NCBI GenBank assembly: GCA_963663545.1
Contig: OY760505.1
Location: 2,272,001-2,336,000 of the forward strand
Direction of reading: 5' to 3'
Source of the DNA: Candidatus Delongbacteria bacterium
GTDB taxonomy: Bacteria > CAIWAD01
DNA: 64,000 bases
The position numbers were made by a program, and so were the translations under genes. The notes beneath the pieces were generated by a model. That model made no database searches and was not told the origin of the DNA. It saw only the letters and a program-made list of their open reading frames with translations. Below, piece by piece: positions 39,557 to 49,928 of the stretch; the stretch's first letter is position 1; every line of letters starts with the position of its first letter.

Positions 39557-42500
39557 ATGCACTTCCCATCCTTCCCCCTTGTCCCGGCATCCCTGCTGGG
39601 TTTGGCGCTAGCATTGCCAATCAGTTCTTCCCTCTCCGCCGAGATGCCCAGTCGTCTTGACGGCACTCTGCCGGGCTTTCATCCCGCGCTCAAGCCGGTG
39701 GCGCTGGACCCGGTGGACGCTCTCCCGGCGGGCCTGGACTTGACGGTGTGTGCGTTTGCGCAGGTCGGCGACCAGTTCGCGCTGCGTCTGGCACTGGCAG
39801 ACGGAAAGCCCGTTGAGAACGGCTTGTTTCGTTTCAGTGCAGGTGAGGGCGTCGAGCGTGTCGAGTTGGAGTACGCGTCCGGCAGCAAAGCAATCCTGCG
39901 CAGTTGGAATGAAAAAGGCGAGCCGCAGGAGCAGTCGCTGATTGTGACTCGACAGCAAATGCACGGCAGCCCGGTTTTTGAGTTGTGGATGCCAGCTGCT
40001 GCGCTCAAGGGCACGAGTCTTGCCGCTGGTCCTGCTCACATCGAAAGTCTGCTTGGCGATCGCCTGGTAGACGAGATGAGCGCCGACGAAACACGCGACG
40101 GCGAGCGTACCGATCATCACGTCGCCTTTGTGCATCACGGCAACCAGGGTCTCACCTGGACCGATGTGCTCTGGGGTGACGAATCCTACAGCCATGAGCA
40201 GCACTGGGCCGACTACCTCGATACCGGCAGCGCGCACAACGGCTTCGACGAGTTGCTGGGCTTGCACGACGTGCTGGATGTTCCGGCCAATTTCCAGGTT
40301 GCGGGTCCGCTGCAGACGGCGGCCGAGTGGTACTATCCCACCGGCGGTACTGTCGAGGGCTTCAACGAGTGGATGGCTCGCGGGGTTGACGAGGGCTGGG
40401 CGGCTATTCTGGCTAGCGCTTATGCTCAGCATATCATGCCGTTCTCGAATGATTCCATGAACAATTGGGCCGTGCACGTCCACGCCGACATGTGCGAGTG
40501 GCGCTATGGCTACACGCCCCACGTGGCCTGGGTGCCGGAGCGCGTCTGGGTCAGCCCCAGCGACAACGACGGCAACGCCTGGGACACAAGCCCGCACGTC
40601 AACGACTGGATCGGCGACAACTGGCTGCCTCACGGCATTTACGGCGTCATCCTTGACCAAAGCGAGCATTGCGGCTATCAGGACAACTGGTCCAACGATC
40701 GCCACATCTATAGTATTAGCGTGCCCGACCAGGGCGACCTGAAGATCATTCCCATCAGCGGCGGCTTTACCGGCAATTGCCACCACGACGCCAGCGCTGC
40801 CTGGAGCGACATTCTGGGCTCCAGCTCCGACGAGCTGCTGGTCTACGGTACGGACTGGGAAGTGGCTGCAGAAGTGGCCGGTTTTGGCGACAGCTTCCCC
40901 AGCGCGCTGAATAACATGATCTGGCTGGTGCAGCAGATCGCTGCTACCGGCGGCAGTGTTGCCTCTGTCAAGCTCGACGAAGTGGTCGGCGGCTTCAGCG
41001 GCGGCCCCATCAACCTGCAGAACGGCACTTACGGTTTGCTGGGCGGTTTGGGTGGCTACGGCAGCGACTGGCTGAGTTCCGGCACACGCAATTCCTGGTA
41101 CGGCCACTGGGCCAGCAGCGCGTGTCACAGCGACCAGCATTCGCCGCAGTGGGATTACGGCACAGTGTGGAACAACACCTGGACCAATCTGATGTCCGCG
41201 CCCGCCAACGATCTGAGCGAGCTGGGCTGGTATGTGCTCATGACCAACATGTACGAGACCGGCTGGCACGACGGCAGCGACATCTCAGGCTGGATTCACC
41301 GCTACGCATCGCACATCAAGAACGCCAATGTTTACACTGAGGCCAGCCGCTGGGTCAACGGCGACTACGCCGTCACCACCAATGCTTACGCCAGCGACAT
41401 CGACATGGATGGCCAGGACGAAATCGTGATCCACAACGACCGCGTTTTCGCCGTCTTCGAAAGCGTCGGTGGCCGTGCGCAGTGGGTGTTCGTCAAAGGT
41501 CCGGGGTACGACGGCTCCGTGGTCGGCAGTTGCAGCGCTTACTGGGTGGACACCGAGGGCGACTACAACGACAATACATCGAGCAATCACATCGCCGCTT
41601 TCAGCGATGTATCACCGACCTACGAAAACGACCTCTACAGCATGAGCGTCGACACGGTCTCCACGGATCACGCCGAGATTACGCTGAGCTACGGCACCGT
41701 GAGCAAGACCATCAGCCTGGACAGCGGCAATCCATACTTGGTAGTGGATTACACGACCTCCGGTGATACATGGATCAAGCACGGCTTCACGCCCGACTAC
41801 ATGGATCTGCTGTGGAGCGCCCAGAGCGAGCGCATTTGGGATCCCACCGCCTCCTGGCCGCAGACTGACTGGTGCGGACAGCGCAATCCCAACACGGGAC
41901 TGACGGCGGCGCTGGTGCTGGGCAATGGCGGCGCGGAGCATTCCTCCGACTTCCAGGGCACCATATTGCGTGGCGACGAGATCAAGGGCAATGGCCGCTT
42001 CCGCTATCTGTTCTACGCAGGTGAGACCAGCGAACCCGACGCTCAGGGTCATGTGGCGGAGCTGGATCTGCTGGCCACTCAGAACATGGACGTGACTTCA
42101 CCGCAGCTTTCGCCCGTCGCTTCCTTCCTGTCGCCCAACAAGGCTATTCTGACCTTCTCCGAATCGGTGGACGCGACGACGGCGGCGAACACGGCCAACT
42201 ACACCCTGAGTGGTATGCCTGGTGTGACGGTGACTTCGGCCGCCCGTCAGGCCGACTGGACGCGCGTGGCCCTTGATCTGAGCGGCCTCAGCAGTGGCAT
42301 CAGCGGCACCATCTCGGTGCAGAACCTCACTGATATTGCGGGTAACCTGATTGACCCGGCCAACAATACCGCCAGCTTCTCCATGCCCGACGGCCTGACT
42401 CCGCATTCCATTCTGGTGGACGGTCTCAATGACTTCCTGCCTGCCTACGAGTGGATGGACGAGAGCGCGGACAGCCTTTTCATCACCTGGGACAGCACGA

Positions 42501-43219
42501 ACCTGTACATCGGCTTCCACGGTCGTAACCTGGCCACCGGCGATTTCTTCGTGCACATCGACACCGATCTGGTGGCCGCTTCCGGCGCCAGCCGTGGCAG
42601 CTGGGGCCGTCTGGGCTTCAGCAGCGAGCATCGCCCCGAGTACGAAATCTGCGTTGAGGGCGGCGGCAACAGCATGCAGATCAACCACTGGACCGGCAGC
42701 GCCTGGAGCTATCTTGGCTTCGGCAGCCACGGCGGCAGCAGCTACGAGGGCTGGTCCGGCAACACCATGAGCGAGTTCAGCATTCCCTGGGCCGACTTGG
42801 GTAGCCCGACGGGAATCGCCATTGCAGCTTCGTTCAGCGAAGAAGACAACTGGATCACGACGCTTAGCTGGCCGGAGAGCAATCCTACCGGCAACAACGT
42901 CACGCTGACCGATTGGTGGATCTACGCCGAGCCGGTTATCGCAGGCCCGATGCCGCTGATGGGCATTGCGCCCAACAATCCCGGCAGCGGCGGCGAAGAG
43001 CTCGATCCGGTGACGGATCTGCAGATCAGCTACGTCAGCGCCACACAGCTACGTTTGAGCTGGAGCGCGGTGGACGGCGCGAGCGCTTACAACATCTTCG
43101 CCTCTGACGATGCCTTCGATTTCACGGCTGAGGTCCTACTGGACCAGACCAGCCTTCTCGAGTACTATGTATCACCGGCGGAAGCCAAGCGCTTCTATCG
43201 AGTGGTCGCGGTCGACTAA
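39557..43219 (+). CDS. Large secreted GH57-like glycoside hydrolase with Ig-like/CBM-like and terminal FN3-like domains
   Basis: Signal peptide; GH57-like regions 'FVHHGNQ', 'WVPERVW' (Glu nucleophile), 'YGTDWE' (Asp); Ig-like 'LTFSESVD...NLTDIAGN'. Confidence 0.72.
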   Translation: MHFPSFPLVPASLLGLALALPISSSLSAEMPSRLDGTLPGFHPALKPVALDPVDALPAGLDLTVCAFAQVGDQFALRLALADGKPVENGLFRFSAGEGVERVELEYASGSKAILRSWNEKGEPQEQSLIVTRQQMHGSPVFELWMPAAALKGTSLAAGPAHIESLLGDRLVDEMSADETRDGERTDHHVAFVHHGNQGLTWTDVLWGDESYSHEQHWADYLDTGSAHNGFDELLGLHDVLDVPANFQVAGPLQTAAEWYYPTGGTVEGFNEWMARGVDEGWAAILASAYAQHIMPFSNDSMNNWAVHVHADMCEWRYGYTPHVAWVPERVWVSPSDNDGNAWDTSPHVNDWIGDNWLPHGIYGVILDQSEHCGYQDNWSNDRHIYSISVPDQGDLKIIPISGGFTGNCHHDASAAWSDILGSSSDELLVYGTDWEVAAEVAGFGDSFPSALNNMIWLVQQIAATGGSVASVKLDEVVGGFSGGPINLQNGTYGLLGGLGGYGSDWLSSGTRNSWYGHWASSACHSDQHSPQWDYGTVWNNTWTNLMSAPANDLSELGWYVLMTNMYETGWHDGSDISGWIHRYASHIKNANVYTEASRWVNGDYAVTTNAYASDIDMDGQDEIVIHNDRVFAVFESVGGRAQWVFVKGPGYDGSVVGSCSAYWVDTEGDYNDNTSSNHIAAFSDVSPTYENDLYSMSVDTVSTDHAEITLSYGTVSKTISLDSGNPYLVVDYTTSGDTWIKHGFTPDYMDLLWSAQSERIWDPTASWPQTDWCGQRNPNTGLTAALVLGNGGAEHSSDFQGTILRGDEIKGNGRFRYLFYAGETSEPDAQGHVAELDLLATQNMDVTSPQLSPVASFLSPNKAILTFSESVDATTAANTANYTLSGMPGVTVTSAARQADWTRVALDLSGLSSGISGTISVQNLTDIAGNLIDPANNTASFSMPDGLTPHSILVDGLNDFLPAYEWMDESADSLFITWDSTNLYIGFHGRNLATGDFFVHIDTDLVAASGASRGSWGRLGFSSEHRPEYEICVEGGGNSMQINHWTGSAWSYLGFGSHGGSSYEGWSGNTMSEFSIPWADLGSPTGIAIAASFSEEDNWITTLSWPESNPTGNNVTLTDWWIYAEPVIAGPMPLMGIAPNNPGSGGEELDPVTDLQISYVSATQLRLSWSAVDGASAYNIFASDDAFDFTAEVLLDQTSLLEYYVSPAEAKRFYRVVAVD

Positions 43220-43290
43220 AGGATTCATTTTTGAAATAGCTGCCCCTTGGCAGGATTTCATGAACCACTGACCTAGTTACAGGAGACGTT

Positions 43291-44958
43291 ATGAAAAAGA
43301 GTTTCAGCCTGCTGGCCGCTGGCGTGATGCTGGCCGCCTTCGCGCAGACTGCCTTTGCCGTGGTCGACGACGCCCTTCTGCAGTGGCCCTACTCCGGAAC
43401 CACGCAGTCCAATGGTGTTGGTATCACCTTCTATTCCCGCGTTCTAAAGACCGGTTGCACCGGCGTTTGTGATCCCGAGATTGTGGCCTGTGCCGATCTG
43501 ATTCCGACCCTGTATTATCGCGCTGAGGGAGCTACCGAGTACACCAGTGCTACAATGGCACTGAACACCGGTGACTGCTACAATCCTTGGGAAGAGTACA
43601 TCGGCGTGATCCCCGTGGAGGCCCTCACCGGCTCCCAGGTGGACTTCTACGTGGAGTACGAGGACATCACCGACAGCAGCACGCTGACCTTCCGCAAGCA
43701 CGACGACACAGGCGTGGTGTATACCGCTGAGAGTCCCGCCTACTTCCTGCTGTCCGATGCCACCACTGCCGAGTTCACTCTGCACGTGACCGGTGATTTC
43801 CACTGTGTCACGCCCAGCGGTGCTGGCCCCGGCATCTCCGGTATGTTCAATGGTTGGACCTATCAGGCCATGACCGCCGTTGGCGATGGTACTTATACCT
43901 ATGACATCGTGTACCCGGTGGGCTCTGATCCGATTCAGCAGTTCAAGTTCCGTAACGGTGATGGCTGGGAGAACCTGCCCGACAATGGCAACCGTGAGTA
44001 CACCATTGCTCCGGGCGCCACTTCGGACAGCTACCTGGGTTACTGGAACAACGAAGAAGAGTGTTCCTGCGATGAGCAACCGCTGAACAACAGCCAGGTT
44101 GTCATTTTCAGCGTCGACATGCAGCATCAGGATCCCGCCATGTACGCCGGTGGCGTGAGTGTGCAGGGTAACTATGCACCGCTGACTTGGAACCCTGGTG
44201 AGAACCTGATGGCGGATCAGGGCGGTGGTCTCTTCACGATTGGTCTGACCCTGCCTGCGGGTACTTTGAATACTCTTGAGTACAAGTTCACCTGCAGTGC
44301 GGATGGTACGAACTGGAGCTGGGAGAGTGTGGACAACCGTCCCGAGTGCCTGGATCCCGATGCCTACACCACAGCCCTCGAGGTTCAGTTCTGGAACAAC
44401 TACGAGCCCCCGACAGTGAGCACCGTCGACATCGACGTGACCTTCCAGGTTGACATGAACTGCCTCGATGCCGCCTACTATGCTGGTGGAGTGAGCGTTC
44501 AGGGTGGTGCTGCTCCGCTGGATTGGACCTCCGGTTCCACGCTGCTGAGCGACGCCGACATGAACGGTATCTATGATGTCACTTTAACCTTCCCCGCCGG
44601 TACGGCCCTTGAGTTCGGTCACAAGTTCAACTTCAGCACCGATGGCGTGAACTGGAACTGGGAAGACAACATCAGCGACCGCATGGTCTATCTGAACGAC
44701 GCCGAGACCACCGTGGTTCTGGATGTGGTTCGTTGGGACAACTGGATGTGCGGCCTTGATCTGTCCATCGCTCCCCAGGGCGCAAACGTGGTCCTCAGCT
44801 GGGATGCCGTTGGTACGGGTTACACCTACCACATCTACAGCACCGATGAGGCCTACACCACCTTCACGCTGCTCCAGTCCACTACTGACACCAGCGTGAC
44901 GATTCCTGCCAGCGACAAGGGCTTCTACTATGTGACCTACGAGATGGTCGCCGAGTAA
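43291..44958 (+). CDS. Secreted protein with tandem starch-binding (CBM20/CBM48-like) domains
   Basis: RBS AGGAG; signal peptide; three repeats such as 'VIFSVDM...GVSVQG...PLTW...EYKF...WE...NR'. Confidence 0.72.
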   Translation: MKKSFSLLAAGVMLAAFAQTAFAVVDDALLQWPYSGTTQSNGVGITFYSRVLKTGCTGVCDPEIVACADLIPTLYYRAEGATEYTSATMALNTGDCYNPWEEYIGVIPVEALTGSQVDFYVEYEDITDSSTLTFRKHDDTGVVYTAESPAYFLLSDATTAEFTLHVTGDFHCVTPSGAGPGISGMFNGWTYQAMTAVGDGTYTYDIVYPVGSDPIQQFKFRNGDGWENLPDNGNREYTIAPGATSDSYLGYWNNEEECSCDEQPLNNSQVVIFSVDMQHQDPAMYAGGVSVQGNYAPLTWNPGENLMADQGGGLFTIGLTLPAGTLNTLEYKFTCSADGTNWSWESVDNRPECLDPDAYTTALEVQFWNNYEPPTVSTVDIDVTFQVDMNCLDAAYYAGGVSVQGGAAPLDWTSGSTLLSDADMNGIYDVTLTFPAGTALEFGHKFNFSTDGVNWNWEDNISDRMVYLNDAETTVVLDVVRWDNWMCGLDLSIAPQGANVVLSWDAVGTGYTYHIYSTDEAYTTFTLLQSTTDTSVTIPASDKGFYYVTYEMVAE

Positions 44959-44979
44959 GCGCTGCCTTTGACAGCTTTC

Positions 44980-45013
44980 AGGGCCGGCTTCCGCGAGGGT
45001 GTCGGCCCTTTTT
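44980..45013 (+). terminator. Rho-independent terminator
   Basis: AGGGCCGGC...GTCGGCCCT stem followed by TTTT. Confidence 0.75.
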
Positions 45014-45083
45014 GTATCACGCCTTTGCGGTTGCGCCAGCTTCAAACTGTGCCCTATCTTGAAGCAGGAGTTCAGGAGGCTAC

Positions 45084-47255
45084 ATGCGGCTCGTTCTACT
45101 TGTGTTACTGGTGATCGTCAATGCGTCTGCCTCGGTCGTATCACACGGTCCAGATGAGTTCAGTCTGCTTGTTGAATTTCGATACATCGGGTCTGCGGAG
45201 AGTGTGTCTGTGGCAGGTGAGTTCAGCCGCTGGGCGCACGCGCCGATTCCGCTAGCCATAGGGGAGAAGGGCACTTTCAGTACCACATTGCGCCTGGATC
45301 ACGGCCTGCACGAGTACAAGTTTATCGTAGACGGCGAATGGATTCCCGACCCGGACAACCCGGCACGCACACGCAATGATTTTGGCTTAGCCAACTCCGT
45401 GTTCTTTTTGCAGGCGAACGGTACCCTGGAGTTAACAACAGAAGTGCCCGAGCAAATAGAGTTGCTACCCGCACAAGACGGTGATACGCCCGTCGACCTT
45501 GTTCTACTCTGGCAGCAGCACATGCCCTGGTTGTCCGACCCGGTCGAAGATCAGCTTCTAGGTCCCTGGTTGCGAGTACATGCCGCCAAGGACTATCTCG
45601 ACATGGCGCTGCGCTTGCGTGATACGGAGCTAAGCGCCTGTATCAGTCTTTCGGGTGTGCTGCTCTATCAATTGCACACCTACTATCTGGAGCGCTTTGT
45701 TCCTTGCCTGGATCATGCCTATCGACGTGTGACACAAGAGTATGAAGAGTCTGCGCGCGGTCACACCGACCCCTGGCTGGATCTGCTGTTACTGCCCGTA
45801 CTGGATCCAGACGATGAGCAACAGAGCGGATTGCTTTGGCGCAACGCATGGAGTTGCCTTTCCTTTTCGGATGAATTAGCCGCACGTTGGCCGCGATTGC
45901 TCCAGCTACGTGATACAATTCGAGCCGGAAATCTTCCAGATGCGGATACGGCTGCTGAACTGCTGACTCTCTTTCATCTGGTCTGGATGGATCCAATGTT
46001 CTTGCGCGGCCCTGTCCCGCTGCCAAGCGGTGATACACTTCGTGTCTGCGATCTGGTCGAAGAGCACGCCGGAGTGTGGTCTGCGCCAGCTTGGGATGCC
46101 GTCGCTCGCGAGCGCCTGGCTTTCGAGTACGGCCTGATTCTGGAGAACGTGATACCCGCGCATCGTCAGTTGCTGGAGTCGGCTTCTACGGCTGGTGAAT
46201 CCAGAGTTGAAATAGCCACAACTCCATTCGCGCACCCCATTCTTCCTTTGCTGATAGACGCCGGTTGTGCGGCAGATCGCATGCCGGGAGCCACGCTACC
46301 CACATTCGCACATCCTGAATGGGCGCGTGTGCACGTAGAGCTGGGGCGCAATCAGTTTGCCACGCTTTTCGGTCGTGACCCAAACGGCTTCTGGCCGGGT
46401 GAAGGTGCTGTCAGTCGTGATGCGCTGTCCATGCTTGGTGTTGCGGGTCTACGCTGGGCGGCAACGGGTGGCGAGGTCCCCGATGTGGATCACCCGGCAC
46501 ATCGCGCTGGCGCTTTTCGTTTTGTATCACAGGACGACAGCATACTTGTGTTGCTGCGTCACACGGAGCTCTCGCGCTCCATCGGCTGGCGCTATCGGCG
46601 CTACCCTGGCCCGGCAGCGGCACATGACCTGGTCAATCGCATCCTTGTGGAACATATGCGTCATCCTCAAGCTGCGATTACGTTGGTTTTGGATGGCGAA
46701 AACGCCTGGGAGTTCTTCGAGCTGGATCACGATGCCGACGCCTTCCTTCAGGAGTTGTATCACAGCTTGGAACAAATGCAACGCGCAGGGCGCATTCGCA
46801 CGATGACGCCCTCGCAGTTTGTTGCGCGTGGTATGAAGCTGCCATGTATCACAATGCAGGATGAAGAAGCACTGCCGGCAGGAAGCTGGATTCACGGCGA
46901 TCTATCTACATGGATCGGTGAGCCTGAAGAGAATGAAGCCTGGCGTTTGTTGGAGATGGCCACAACAATGACGGGAAACGATTTACGGCACTTTGCTGTG
47001 ACACACGGTCTGGATCTGGCGGCTTTAGCCTTTCATCCAGACGCAGAAGTGCGTGAACGTGTGATTCATCTGCTGGCGGCGCAAGGCAGTGATTGGTGCT
47101 GGTGGTATGGAGCTGATCGTCGAGCACTTGAGGGCGACGAATTCTGGGATCAGCTCTATTTGCGATTGCTGCGATCGCTTCTACCGGCAGAGGAAATCCC
47201 GGAGAGTCTGCTTTTGCAGCAAAACGGAACAGCAACGGGAAGTACCTTGGACTAG
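45084..47255 (+). CDS. CBM48 + GH57 amylopullulanase-like protein
   Basis: Signal peptide; CBM48 'VAGEFSRW...EYKFIVDGEW.PDPDNP'; GH57 'WQQHMP', 'HPILPLL', 'GFWPGEGAV', 'LDGENAWE', 'GSDWCWWYG'. Confidence 0.88.
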   Translation: MRLVLLVLLVIVNASASVVSHGPDEFSLLVEFRYIGSAESVSVAGEFSRWAHAPIPLAIGEKGTFSTTLRLDHGLHEYKFIVDGEWIPDPDNPARTRNDFGLANSVFFLQANGTLELTTEVPEQIELLPAQDGDTPVDLVLLWQQHMPWLSDPVEDQLLGPWLRVHAAKDYLDMALRLRDTELSACISLSGVLLYQLHTYYLERFVPCLDHAYRRVTQEYEESARGHTDPWLDLLLLPVLDPDDEQQSGLLWRNAWSCLSFSDELAARWPRLLQLRDTIRAGNLPDADTAAELLTLFHLVWMDPMFLRGPVPLPSGDTLRVCDLVEEHAGVWSAPAWDAVARERLAFEYGLILENVIPAHRQLLESASTAGESRVEIATTPFAHPILPLLIDAGCAADRMPGATLPTFAHPEWARVHVELGRNQFATLFGRDPNGFWPGEGAVSRDALSMLGVAGLRWAATGGEVPDVDHPAHRAGAFRFVSQDDSILVLLRHTELSRSIGWRYRRYPGPAAAHDLVNRILVEHMRHPQAAITLVLDGENAWEFFELDHDADAFLQELYHSLEQMQRAGRIRTMTPSQFVARGMKLPCITMQDEEALPAGSWIHGDLSTWIGEPEENEAWRLLEMATTMTGNDLRHFAVTHGLDLAALAFHPDAEVRERVIHLLAAQGSDWCWWYGADRRALEGDEFWDQLYLRLLRSLLPAEEIPESLLLQQNGTATGSTLD

Positions 47256-47290
47256 CGACTCGGTTCACTAAGACGACGATACGGGGAATC

Positions 47291-47887
47291 ATGGGCGTTT
47301 GGCCGAAATTCGATCCAGAGTGTATCACGGAAAGAGAGTGCTGCTACCCTGTGCCAATGGCCTACCATGATGAGCTGCCGCAATCTGATTCTTGTGGAGT
47401 TTTTGGCGCAGATCGCGGAGATCGCACACATGCTGGCGTTGATGTTTATGCTGCTGCAGGGGCTTCGGTTTGTGCCGCCCTTGCGGGCGTTGTGCTGGAA
47501 GTTGCCGAGTTCTCTTCGCCCGCAATCAATGGTTATTGGAATCGGACTTTCCAGGTGATTGTGGATCACGGCGGCTTCTATCTGCGCTACGCAGAGCTTG
47601 GCGATGTCGTTGTGCAAGCAGGGCAGCGACTGCAAGTTGCCGACATGCTGGGCGTAGTGGGGCAGATTCTTGAATCTGGCCGTGTCACGGCAACAGCACC
47701 CACCTACATACGCAATCTAGTTCAGCAGCAACGCACCAGCATGCTGCATCTGGAGCTTTGGATGGAGCCGCCGTGTAGTAGCGAGGAGTACTCTGGTGGC
47801 AACTTCTTTGGAGCGCTCCCTGAAAGCGTATGCGATCCCGCGCCGCTACTTACGCGGATTCGTGAGCGTTGCCGGTCTAAGATGTAG
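47291..47887 (+). CDS. M23-family metallopeptidase-like protein
   Basis: 'FGADR...HAGVD', 'RYAEL', 'LG.VG', 'MLHLEL', 'DP'. Confidence 0.75.
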   Translation: MGVWPKFDPECITERECCYPVPMAYHDELPQSDSCGVFGADRGDRTHAGVDVYAAAGASVCAALAGVVLEVAEFSSPAINGYWNRTFQVIVDHGGFYLRYAELGDVVVQAGQRLQVADMLGVVGQILESGRVTATAPTYIRNLVQQQRTSMLHLELWMEPPCSSEEYSGGNFFGALPESVCDPAPLLTRIRERCRSKM

Positions 47888-48076
47888 TTCGCGGCTCCCT
47901 TCATGCCGCAAGCCAAGCGTCTGCGAGCACACAAAACACTCACCTCGCGCAATTTTCCTGAAACCCTCTCCGTCTTCTCTGGCCGTGGGTGCTTCTCCTT
48001 TTGGAGACCATCCCGATCCCCATCCCCTTTGCGCGCGACGAAGTTCACGGGATCCCGAAAAGCCGGAGGAATTCCC

Positions 48077-48817
48077 ATGCGACTCACTGTCCTGTTGGCG
48101 GGTCTCGTCCTGTTGTCTGGTTTTTGCGGCTGCAGCAGCGACGATAACGATGACCCCACCGCGCTGGATTTGCGCGGACACGTAACCGGTGCGTCGGGCC
48201 AAGCCATTCCCGATGCCATTATTCAGCTAGGCTATCGCCTGGAAGGTCTAAGCGAAGATCCGCACGAGGATCCGGTCATAGACGATGACCTAGGCAGCTG
48301 TCGTATTCCCGTTTCAATTGACGAAGACGGAGTGCTTCACGTTTGGGTGACGCGGCACGGACAAAGCGAAGTCGTTGCCAGCGTCATGCATGGACAGATT
48401 GGAGCAGGCAGCTATGACCTGTTCTGGAACAAGCGTGATACAAGCGGAATGCTGGTTGCCAGCGGCATTTACGATGTGCACGTTGAGATCGACGAAAGCA
48501 GTAGCAGTTGCGCCTATCTGATCAACAATTCCTACGACGATTGCTGGTACTTGAATGAGCTCTGCTGCGTGGCCAGCACAGACGAGGAAGGCTGGTTCAG
48601 CATCAACCAGCGATGCCTGGCCTTCAATTGTCTGGACGCCGCCGCATTGTTTGGGGAGGACGGCGAGTTGTTGACAGGAGCCAGCTTTCAGCGCAGCGTG
48701 CGTTTGTGGGTCATGCACGACAACTATTACAAGGTCTGCGTTGACTCGGTTTACGTAGATCCGGAGCAGGGCGCAACCCTTGAGATTGGAATGACCTTGC
48801 TTCCCTATGGCAGATGA
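48077..48817 (+). CDS. Lipoprotein with FlgD-like Ig domain
   Basis: RBS GGAGG; lipobox 'FCGC'; 'GSYDLFWNKRDTSGMLVASGIY'. Confidence 0.65.
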   Translation: MRLTVLLAGLVLLSGFCGCSSDDNDDPTALDLRGHVTGASGQAIPDAIIQLGYRLEGLSEDPHEDPVIDDDLGSCRIPVSIDEDGVLHVWVTRHGQSEVVASVMHGQIGAGSYDLFWNKRDTSGMLVASGIYDVHVEIDESSSSCAYLINNSYDDCWYLNELCCVASTDEEGWFSINQRCLAFNCLDAAALFGEDGELLTGASFQRSVRLWVMHDNYYKVCVDSVYVDPEQGATLEIGMTLLPYGR

Positions 48818-48886
48818 ACCTCTTCTGTGATACACTCTCCCTGTGGGGCGGGCAAGGGTCCGCCCCTCTTTCATTTTGGAGTAGCA

Positions 48887-49792
48887 ATGAAGACGCGGAG
48901 TTTGGTTTGTTTCCTTGTTGGCGCAGTGGCGTTTGTGCATCTGAGCGCCGCTCATGTTGGAACACAGAGGATCCCCACTCGTTTTTTGCCCGAGCTGACC
49001 GCTAGCGCCGCCATCGAGCTGGCACCCGCCATGCATCCTTCCGGCGAGGAGTTCTGCTTCACGCGTATGATGCCCGGATCGCCCTCTGTGCTGCTGTTGA
49101 TGCAGGCTCACGATGGCGAATGGTCAGCGCCAAAGGCCTTTGTTCACGCCTCTGTTGCAGATGACGCTGCCGCCTGTTACTCGCCCGATGGATCACGCCT
49201 GTACTTCCTTTCCAAACGTCCCACGAGCACTGGGGAAGATGCACGCGCCGAGTTTCACCTCTGGTTCTGCGAACGCAAGGGTGATACATGGGCCGAGCCT
49301 CGTGAGCTTCAGTTTCCGCTGGGTTCGCCAAGTGGAGAAGGCCGTCCTACGTTTAGCGCCGACGGCATGATGTATTACGTCGCCGAGTATCCCGAATTGG
49401 GCGGTGAAGGCATCTACTGCTGCCAGTTGACGGATGGAGTTCCCGGCATGCCCCGGCGTCTGCCGGATGAAATCAACGCCTGCGGCAAAGTGGCGGTTGA
49501 ACCCTGTATCACAGCTGACGGCAATTGTCTGATCTTCTATTCGGCCGGGCGTGAAGACAATCAGAGCCAGCGGATGCTGAAAGGCGATTTGTACTACAGC
49601 CATCGCCAAAGCGGAGCGTGGACACCAGCCTTGCCTCTGCCCTTTCCCATCAACACAAGCAACGAAGAGAGCATGCCCGCCATCAGCGCCGATGGCAGCC
49701 GTTTGTTGTTTGCCAGCGATCGCACGCCGGGGCAGTCGTTTCCGGATCTTTATCAGGTTCAGCTTCCGCCTGAAGTTATGAGCCGGAAGTGA
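48887..49792 (+). CDS. Exported PD40/TolB-like beta-propeller protein
   Basis: 'YSPDGSRLYFLSKR', 'PCITADG..LIF.S', 'INTSNEESMPAISADGSRLLFASDR'. Confidence 0.82.
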   Translation: MKTRSLVCFLVGAVAFVHLSAAHVGTQRIPTRFLPELTASAAIELAPAMHPSGEEFCFTRMMPGSPSVLLLMQAHDGEWSAPKAFVHASVADDAAACYSPDGSRLYFLSKRPTSTGEDARAEFHLWFCERKGDTWAEPRELQFPLGSPSGEGRPTFSADGMMYYVAEYPELGGEGIYCCQLTDGVPGMPRRLPDEINACGKVAVEPCITADGNCLIFYSAGREDNQSQRMLKGDLYYSHRQSGAWTPALPLPFPINTSNEESMPAISADGSRLLFASDRTPGQSFPDLYQVQLPPEVMSRK

Positions 49793-49928
49793 TTGCGCTA
49801 CTTCCCTTTGCTGCGACCGATACGGAAGATTGCCAAAAGCGCGCAGGTCGTGCGTATCATCGCCCCCTCCTTGATCCATAACCTTTATATTTCGGCTTCT
49901 GACCTATCAGTACAAGCCGGGGAATTCC

